Shown here: positions 54,275 through 64,000 of the stretch, one piece after another
How positions within the stretch are numbered: the first letter of the stretch is position 1
Layout of the letters: each line of letters starts with the position of its first letter
Source: Eledone cirrhosa
Taxonomy: Eukaryota
Direction of reading: 5' to 3'
Length of the DNA stretch: 64,000 nt
NCBI GenBank assembly: GCA_964016885.1
Contig: OZ024740.1
Span: 426,932,001-426,996,000 of the forward strand
Program-made: the position numbers and the translations under genes
Notes under the pieces: model-generated
Databases searched by the model: none
Told to the model about the DNA's origin: nothing
Seen by the model: the letters and a program-made list of their open reading frames with translations, nothing else

Positions 54275-57200
54275 ACACTTTCACAGACATTGTGCAGCCC
54301 CACACAGTCGAACTCAGACACCACATAGAACATTGTACACATATACATACACTTTCACAGACATTGTGCAGCCCCACGCAGTCGAACTCAGACACCACAT
54401 AGAACATTGTACACATATACATACACTTTCACAGACATTGTGCAGCCCCACACAGTCGAACTCAGACACCACATAGAACATTGTACACATATACATACAC
54501 TTTCACAGACATTGTGCAGCCCCACTCAGTCGAACTCAGACACCACATAGAACATTGTACACATATACATACACTTTCACAGACATTGTGCAGCCCCACA
54601 CAGTCGAACTCAGACACCACATAGAACATTGTACACATATACATACACTTTCACAGACATTGTGCAGCCCCACTCAGTCGAACTCAGACACCACATAGAA
54701 CATTGTACACATATACATACACTTTCACAGACATTGTGCAGCCCCACACAGTCGAACTCAGACACCACATAGAACATTGTACACATATACATACACTTTC
54801 ACAGACATTGTGCAGCCCCACTCAGTCGAACTCAGACACCACATAGAACATTGTACACATATACATACACTTTCACAGACATTGTGCAGCCCCACACAGT
54901 CGAACTCAGACACCACATAGAACATTGTACACATATACATACACTTTCACAGACATTGTGCAGCCCCACTCAGTCGAACTCAGACACCACATAGAACATT
55001 GTACACATATACATACACTTTCACAGACATTGTGCAGCCCCACACAGTCGAACTCAGACACCACATAGAACATTGTACACATATACATACACTTTCACAG
55101 ACATTGTGCAGCCCCACTCAGTCGAACTCAGACACCACATAGAACATTGTACACATATACATACACTTTCACAGACATTGTGCAGCCCCACACAGTCGAA
55201 CTCAGACACCACATAGAACATTGTACACATATACATACACTTTCACAGACATTGTGCAGCCCCACTCAGTCGAACTCAGACACCACATAGAACATTGTAC
55301 ACATATACATACACTTTCACAGACATTGTGCAGCCCCACTCAGTCGAGCTCAGACACCACATAGAACATTGTACACATATACATACACTTTCACAGACAT
55401 TGTGCAGCCCCACACAGTCGAACTCAGACACCACATAGAACATTGTACACATATACATACACTTTCACAGACATTGTGCAGCCCCACTCAGTCGAACTCA
55501 GACACCACATAGAACATTGTACACATATACATACACTTTCACAGACATTGTGCAGCCCCACTCAGTCGAACTCAGACACCACATAGAACATTGTACACAT
55601 ATACAAACACTTTCACAGACATTGTGCAGCCCCACACAGTCGAAATCAGACACCACATAGAACATTGTACACATATACATACACTTTCACAGACATTGTG
55701 CAGCCCCACTCAGTCGAACTCAGACACCACATAGAACATTGTACACATATACATACACTTTCACAGACATTGTGCAGCCCCACACAGTCGCACTCAGACA
55801 CCACATAGAACATTGTACACATATACATACACTTTCACAGACATTGTGCAGCCCCACACAGTCGAACTCAGACACCACATAGAACATTGTACACATATAC
55901 ATACACTTTCACAGACATTGTGCAGCCCCACACAGTCGAACTCAGACACCACATAGAACATTGTACACATATACATACACTTTCACAGACATTGTGCAGC
56001 CCCACTCAGTCGAACTCAGACACCACATAGAACATTGGACACATATACATACACTTTCACAGACATTGTGCAGCCCCACACAGTCGCACTCAGACACCAC
56101 ATAGAACATTGTACACATATACATACACTTTCACAGACATTGTGCAGCCCCACACAGTCGAACTCAGACACCACATAGAACATTGTACACATATACATAC
56201 ACTTTCACAGACATTGTGCAGCCCCACTCAGTCCAACTCAGACACCACCTAGAACATTGTACACATATACATACACTTTCACAGACATTGTGCAGCCCCA
56301 CACAGTCGAACTCAGACACCACATAGAACATTGTACACATATACATACACTTTCACAGACATTGTGCAGCCCCACACAGTCCAACTCACACACCACATAG
56401 AACATTGTACACATATACATACACTTTCACAGACATTGTGCAGCCCCACACAGTCCAACTCACACACCACATAGAACATTGTACACATATACATACACTT
56501 TCACAGACATTGTGCAGCCCCACACAGTCGAACTCAGACACCACCTAGAACATTGTACACATATACATACACTTTCACAGACATTGTGCAGCCCCACACA
56601 GTCGAACTCAGACACCACATAGAACATTGTACACATATACATACACTTTCACAGACATTGTGCAGCCCCACACAGTCGAACTCAGACACCACATAGAACA
56701 TTGTACACATATACATACACTTTCACAGACATTGTGCAGCCCCACACAGTCGAACTGAGACACCACATAGAACATTGTACACATATACATACACTTTCAC
56801 AGACATTGTGCAGCCCCACACAGTCAAACTCAGACACCACATAGAACATTGTACACATATACATACACTTTCACAGACATTGTGCAGCCCCACACAGTAG
56901 AGCTCAGACACCACATAGAACATTGTACACATATACATACACTTTCACAGACATTGTGCAGCCCCACACAGTCGAACTCAGACACCACATAGAACATCGT
57001 ACACATATACATACACTTTCACAGACATTGTGCAGCCCCACACAGTCAAACTCAGACACCACATAGAACATTGTACACATATACATACACTTTCACAGAC
57101 ATTGTGCAGCCCCACACAGTCGAACTCAGACACCACATAGAACATTGTACACATATACATACACTTTCACAGACATTGTGCAGCCCCACACAGTAGAGCT

Positions 57201-59454
57201 CAGACACCACATAGAACATTGTACACATATACATACACTTTCACAGACATTGTGCAGCCCCACACAGTCGAACTCAGACACCACATAGAACATTGTACAC
57301 ATATACATACACTTTCACAGACATTGTGCAGCCCCACACAGTCCAACTCACACACCACATAGAACATTGTACACATATACATACACTTTCACAGACATTG
57401 TGCAGCCCCACACAGTCGAACTCACACACCACATAGAACATTGTACACATATACATACACTTTCACAGACATTGTGCAGCCCCACACAGTCGAACTCAGA
57501 CACCACATAGAACATTGTACACATATACATACACTTTCACAGACATTGTGCAGCCCCACACAGTCGAACTCAGACACCACCTAGAACATTGTACACATAT
57601 ACATACACTTTCACAGACATTGTGCAGCCCCACACAGTCGAACTCAGACACCACCTAGAACATTGTACACATATACATACACTTTCACAGACATTGTGCA
57701 GCCCCACACAGTCGAACTCAGACACCACATAGAACATTGTACACATATACATACACTTTCACAGACATTGTTCAGCCCCACTCAGTCGAACTCAGACACC
57801 ACGTAGAACATTGTTCACATATACATACACTTTCACAGACATTGTGCAGCCTCACTCAGTCGAACTCAGACACCACATAGAACATTGTACACATATACAT
57901 ACACTTTCACAGACATTGTGCAGCCTCACTCAGTCGAACTCAGACACCACATAGAACATTGTTCACATATACATACACTTTCACAGACATTGTGCAGCCC
58001 CACTCAGTCGCACTCAGACACCACCTAGAACATTGTACACATATACATACACTTTAACAGACATTGTGCAGCCCCACACAGACGAACTCAGACACCACAT
58101 AGAACATTGTACACATATACATACACTTTCACAGACATTGTGCAGCCTCACTCAGTCGAACTCAGACACCACATAGAACATTGTACACATATACATACAC
58201 TTTCACAGACATTGTGCAGCCTCACTCAGTCGAACTCAGACACCACATAGAACATTGTACACATATACATACACTTTCACAGACATTGTGCAGCCTCACT
58301 CAGTCGAACTCAGACACCACATAGAACATTGTTCACATATACATACACTTTCACAGACATTGTGCAGCCCCACTCAGTCGCACTCAGACACCACCTAGAA
58401 CATTGTACACATATACATACACTTTCACAGACATTGTGCAGCCTCACTCAGTCGAACTCAGACACCACCTAGAACATTGTACACATATACATACACTTTC
58501 ACAGACATTGTGCAGCCCCACACAGTCGAACTCAGACACCACCTAGAACATTGTACACATATACATACACTTTCACAGACATTGTGCAGCCCCACACAGT
58601 CGAACTCAGACACCACATAGAACATTGTACACATATACATACACTTTCACAGACATTGTGCAGCCCCACACAGTCGAACTCAGACACCACATAGAACATT
58701 GTACACATATACATACACTTTCACAGACATTGTTCAGCCCCACTCAGTCGAACTCAGACACCACATAGAACATTGTTCACATATACATACACTTTCACAG
58801 ACATTGTGCAGCCTCACTCAGTCGAACTCAGACACCACATAGAACATTGTACACATATACATACACTTTCACAGACATTGTGCAGCCTCACTCAGTCGAA
58901 CTCAGACACCACATAGAACATTGTTCACATATACATACACTTTCACAGACATTGTGCAGCCCCACTCAGTCGCACTCAGACACCACCTAGAACATTGTAC
59001 ACATATACATACACTTTAACAGACATTGTGCAGCCCCACACAGTCGAACTCAGACACCACATAGAACATTGTACACATATACATACACTTTCACAGACAT
59101 TGTGCAGCCTCACTCAGTCGAACTGAGACACCACATAGAACATTGTACACATATACATACACTTTCACAGACATTGTGCAGCCTCACTCAGTCGAACTCA
59201 GACACCACATAGAACATTGTACACATATACATACACTTTCACAGACATTGTGCAGCCTCACTCAGTCGAACTCAGACACCACATAGAACATTGTTCACAT
59301 ATACATACACTTTCACAGACATTGTGCAGCCCCACTCAGTCGCACTCAGACACCACCTAGAACATTGTACACATATACATACACTTTCACAGACATTGTG
59401 CAGCCTCACTCAGTCGAACTCAGACACCACCTAGAACATTGTACACATATACAT
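54275..59454. repeat. 74-bp minisatellite, about 70 copies
   Basis: ACACTTTCACAGACATTGTGCAGCCCCACACAGTCGAACTCAGACACCACATAGAACATTGTACACATATACAT; ORF-track spacing in multiples of 74. Confidence 0.99.
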
Positions 59455-59646
59455 AGAAATACACGCAGAAACACATGGCTAAAATATATTCACACGTAAG
59501 TGTATGTATTTATGGCTGCTTGGTCACTGCCTTCAGACAGGTAGGCATGCAATTGCCGTTCTGTTGTGCCATGCATGTGTAAACATATATACCTGTATCT
59601 ATCTAGCTAAGTATCTACTAGCTACCCACCTTTTTCTCTTTCTTTG

Positions 59647-59821
<175 letters not shown>

Positions 59822-60078
59822 TAGGTATATATATATATATATATATAAAATAAACTAAAATAAATAAGTAAAAACTTGGCTTCGTTTATTACTGATACTT
59901 AAGGATGGTAACCGAGTTATACATCGAAACCGGTCATTTTTTATACCCTTTATTATTTCCTTACCTTATAAAATCATATGTTTTTTCACAAAAAAGTATT
60001 CTGTCTCTTATATATTCCATGTGCCATTACCAAACTTAATTTTCTCTATAACCTTCGTTTTGTGTAGAAAATTACACT

Positions 60079-60114
<36 letters not shown>

Positions 60115-60216
60115 CCAGTACCAGTCTGAGCTGAAGATCCGCATAAGGTGGAACAATGGAACAATTCTTCTCGGCATGGTGAACTAAATGTTGTGTTAAT
60201 TCTTATATATATACAC

Positions 60217-60317
<101 letters not shown>

Positions 60318-61274
60318 AGGTAGAATACTGGAAGGTAATATCCGTAGTGGTAGAGTACTCAGTCCATGGGACGAGTTTCGTAGATGTAGGTTATATAACC
60401 TGTACCAGTCCGAGTTGAAGATCCGAACAATTGTTCCACCTTATGCGGATCTTCAGCTCGGACTGGTACTGGTTATATATATATAACTCCGTTACCATCC
60501 TTAAGTATCAGTTTTATGAATGTATATATTCTCAGTGTATCAGATATGGTAAATTATTATAAAAATTAGTCTCAGTCAATAATATAATCTCAGATATTAA
60601 TAGGAACGTAATTTTTCTAAATAGGAATTTTTGAGGCAGATGTTCTAAGGTAACACTCCAAATATAAAACCTAGTGGATGAGAAATAAAGGATAGGACTA
60701 AGGATGGGAGAACAGTAAATAGATATATGGAAAAGCATGGATCATCTGACTGATAAAATGAGAAGTCAGTCAATCATATTGGTGGCCTCCCCACAGCCCC
60801 AGCGGACAGAACAGAGAAAGCATTTTCCCGGAGGACGGCAAGGGAGGCGCACTAGAAAAGCATTCCGACTCGCGGGGCTCACACCTGCGGCTGGCCAGCT
60901 CAGCACCTATGGTGGTGAACCTAGTTGGTGTAGTCTTTAGATGATGGGGTAATGGAATATTCATAAAATTAAGGACCGAAAGTGAGCAACATTTGACCTG
61001 TATACATACAGTTTTTTATTCCTTTTTTCCCCCTTGTTTAAAATATATGCCATTTTTCTACCACTCGCACTGGCATCTTACGAAATAGCCACATAATTTG
61101 CCTACAATTCGAACTCATTCATCCGTCCTCTGCTTTTTTGTTTTATCTATCTTCACTTCGTTACTGATACACGTTTTTTATATTCGCATAATTAGTCGAT
61201 TAAATAAAGTACCAGTCAAACACTGGTGTCGATATAATCGACGTTGCCCTTCCCTAAAAAATTGCTACTATTCC

Positions 61275-61455
61275 AGTATCGGTAGAACGTCAGATACCAT
61301 GCTTTGCAGCATAGAGTTATGATCCATTTTGTTCTGAGTTCAAATCTCGCCGAAGTTAAGTTTGCCTTTCATCCTTACGGGGTCGATAAAATAAAGTACC
61401 AGTAATGTACTGGTGTAATTGCTGGCCTTGTGCAAAAAGTAGAAACAATTATTAC
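61275..61455 (+). mobile_element. SINE family A, with a related 3' fragment at ~61194-61266 and an inverted 3' fragment at 61561-61613
   Basis: GAGTTCAAATCTCGCCGAAG...CATCCTTACGGGGTCGATAAAATAAAGTACCAG...GGCCTTGTGCAAAAAGTAGAAACAATT. Confidence 0.85.
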
Positions 61456-61705
61456 TACTCTGGTCACGTTTATAAATTCGTTGAAATTTATAAAGTTAAA
61501 CTATATTTATTTTAAATAATAATGTTATCATTACACACCATTACATAATCTGGTGTGAAATATAATTGTTTCTGCTTTTGGCACAAGGCCAGCAATTATC
61601 CCAGTGTATTACTTCATTGATTAGGCATCTTTAAGCTTTCATATTTATTCTATGGATTCAACCGAAAATATAATCTAAAGAAGAAAACAATTCACTTTAG
61701 ATGGT

Positions 61706-64000
61706 GTAATCATAAGTTGGTAGCTAGTTGTTAGTAGATCGTGTAATCATAGGTAAGTTGGTAGCTAGTTGTTAGTAGATCTTGTAATCATAGGTAAGTT
61801 GGTAGCTAGTTGTTAGTAGATCTTGTAATCATAGGTAAGTTGGTAGCTAGTTGTTAGTAGATCTTGTAATCATAGGAAAGTTGGTACCTTGTTGTTAGTA
61901 GATCTTGTAATCATAGGAAAGTTGGTAGCTTGTTGTTAGTAGATCTTGTAATCATAGGAAAGTTGGTAGCTAGTTGTTAGAAGATCTTGTAATCATAGGT
62001 AAGTTGGTAGCTAGTTGTTAGTAGGTCTTGTAATCATAGGTAAGTTGGTAGCTAGTTGTTAGTAGATCTTGTAATCATAGGAACGTTGGTAGCTAGTTGT
62101 TAGTAGAGTTGTAATCATAGGTAAGTTGGTAGCTAGTTGTTAGTAGATCTTGTAATCATAGGAAAGTTGGTAGCTAGTTGTTAGTAGATCTTGTAATTAT
62201 AGGTAAGTTGGTAGCTAGTTGTTAGTAGATCTTGTAATCATAGGTAAGTTGGTAGCTAGTTGTTAGTAGATCTTGTAATCATAGATAAGTTGGTAGCTAG
62301 TTGTTAGGAGAGTTGTAATCATAGGTAAGTTGGTAGCTAGTTCTTAGTAGATCTTGTAATCATAGGTAAGTTGGTAGCTAGTTGTTAGTAGATCTTGTAA
62401 TCATAGATAAGTTGGTAGCTAGTTGTTAGTAGAGTTGTAATCATAGGTAAGTTGGTAGCTAGTTGTTAGTAGATCTTGTAATCATAGGAAAGTTGGTAGC
62501 TAGTTGTTAGTAGATCTTGTAATTATAGGTAAGTTGGTAGCTAGTTGTTAGTAGATCTTGTAATCATAGGTAAGTTGGTAGCTAGTTGTTAGTAGATCTT
62601 GTAATCATAGATAAGTTGGTAGCTAGTTGTTAGGAGAGTTGTAATCATAGGTAAGTTGGTAGCTAGTTCTTAGTAGATCTTGTAATCATAGGTAAGTTGG
62701 TAGCTAGTTGTTAGTAGATCTTGTAATCATAGATAAGTTGGTAGCTAGTTGTTAGTAGATCTTGTAATCATAGGAAAGTTGGTAGCTAGTTGTTAGTTGA
62801 TCTTGTAATCATAGGAAAGTTGGTAGCTAGTTGTTAGTAGATCTTGTAATCATAGGAAAGTTGGTAGCTAGTTGTTAGTAGATCTTGTAATCATAGGTAA
62901 GTTGGTAGCTAGTTGTTAGTAGATCTTGTAATCATAGATAAGTTGGTAGCTAGTTGTTAGTAGAGTTGTAATCATAGGTAAGTTGGTAGCTAGTTGTTAG
63001 TAGATAATGTAATCATAGGTAAGTTGGTAGCTAGTTGTTAGTAGATCTTGTAATCATAGGAAAGTTGGTAGCTTGTTGTTAGTAGATCTTGTAATCATAG
63101 ATAAGTTGGTAGCTAGTTGTTAGTAGATCTTGTAATCATAGTAAAGTTGGTAGCTAGTTGTTAGTAGAGTTGTAATCATAGGTAAGTTGGTAGCTAGTTG
63201 TTAGTAGATCTTGTAATCATAGGAAAGTTGGTAGCTAGTTGTTAGTAGAGTTGTAATCATAGGTAAGTTGGTAGCTAGTTGTTAGTAGATCTTGTAATCA
63301 TAGGTAAGTTGGTAGCTAGTTGTTAGTAGATCTTGTAATCATAGGAAAGTTGGTAGCTTGTTCTTAGTAGATCTTGTAATCATAGATAAGTTTGTAGCTA
63401 GTTGTTAGTAGATCTTGTAATCATAGTAAAGTTGGTAGCTAGTTGTTAGTAGAGTTGTAATCATAGGTAAGTTGGTAGCTAGTTGTTAGTAGATAATGTA
63501 ATCATAGGTAAGTTGGTAGCTAGTTGTTAGTAGATCTTGTAATCATAGGTAAGTTGGAAGCTAGTTGTTAGTAGATCTTGTAATCATAGGAAAGTTCGTA
63601 GCTTGTTGTTAGTAGATCTTGTAATCATAGGAAAGTTGGTAGCTTGTTCTTAGTAGATCTTGTAATCATAGGAAAGTTGGTAGCTAGTTGTTAGTAGATC
63701 TTGTAATCATAGGTAAGTTGGTAGCTAGTTGTTAGTAGGTCTTGTAATCATAGGTAAGTTGGTAGCTAGTTCTTAGTAGATCTTGTAATCATAGGTAAGT
63801 TGGTAGCTAGTTGTTAGTAGATCTTGTAATCATAGATAGTTGGTAGCTAGTTGTTAGTATATCTTGTAATCATAGGTAAGTTGGTAGCTAGTTGTTAGTA
63901 GATCTTGTAATCATAGATAAGTTGGTAGCTAGTTGTTAGTAGATCTTGTAATCATAGGAAAGTTGGTAGCTAGTTGTTAGTAGATCTTGTAATCATAGGT
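61706..64000. repeat. 41-bp minisatellite, about 56 copies, running off the window end
   Basis: GTAATCATAGGTAAGTTGGTAGCTAGTTGTTAGTAGATCTT; period 61743 to 61784; 40-bp variants with TAGAGTT. Confidence 0.99.

Noticed and set aside
54314-58714. Series of 60-aa Cys-rich ORFs that look metallothionein- or toxin-like
   Set aside because: Each is a read-through of about 2.5 copies of the 74-bp unit, cycling through all frames.
60770-60930. GC-rich island with short ORFs on both strands
   Set aside because: No recognisable domain, splice pattern or convincing structure.

Overview
AT-rich, microsatellite-dense eukaryotic DNA with no host protein-coding gene that I can support. The SINE families suggest an octopod cephalopod; this is inferred from memory of octopus repeats, not searched. 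Bases 1-26147 are the right end of a tandem tRNA-Ala gene array with 38 genes (20 UGC, 18 AGC). The unit is 1.27-1.59 kb: tRNA-Ala(UGC), a decayed SINE, a hypervariable (GTT)n(CTT)m tract, tRNA-Ala(AGC), and a constant ~650-bp spacer. The two isoacceptors differ at only 2 nt, defective variants recur in a higher-order pattern, and the last gene is a flank chimera. Bases 26.4-54 kb are mostly transposon remnants: a CRE-type fragment, Penelope-like GIY-YIG and pLTR pieces, many type I hammerhead ribozyme motifs (some as inverted pairs), a near full-length RTE LINE in (TA)n, a Tx1/L1 3' fragment in (TCTA)n, and tRNA-derived SINEs. Minisatellites of 21, 32, 74 and 41 bp make up much of the rest. 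Most of the ORF track is microsatellite translation.
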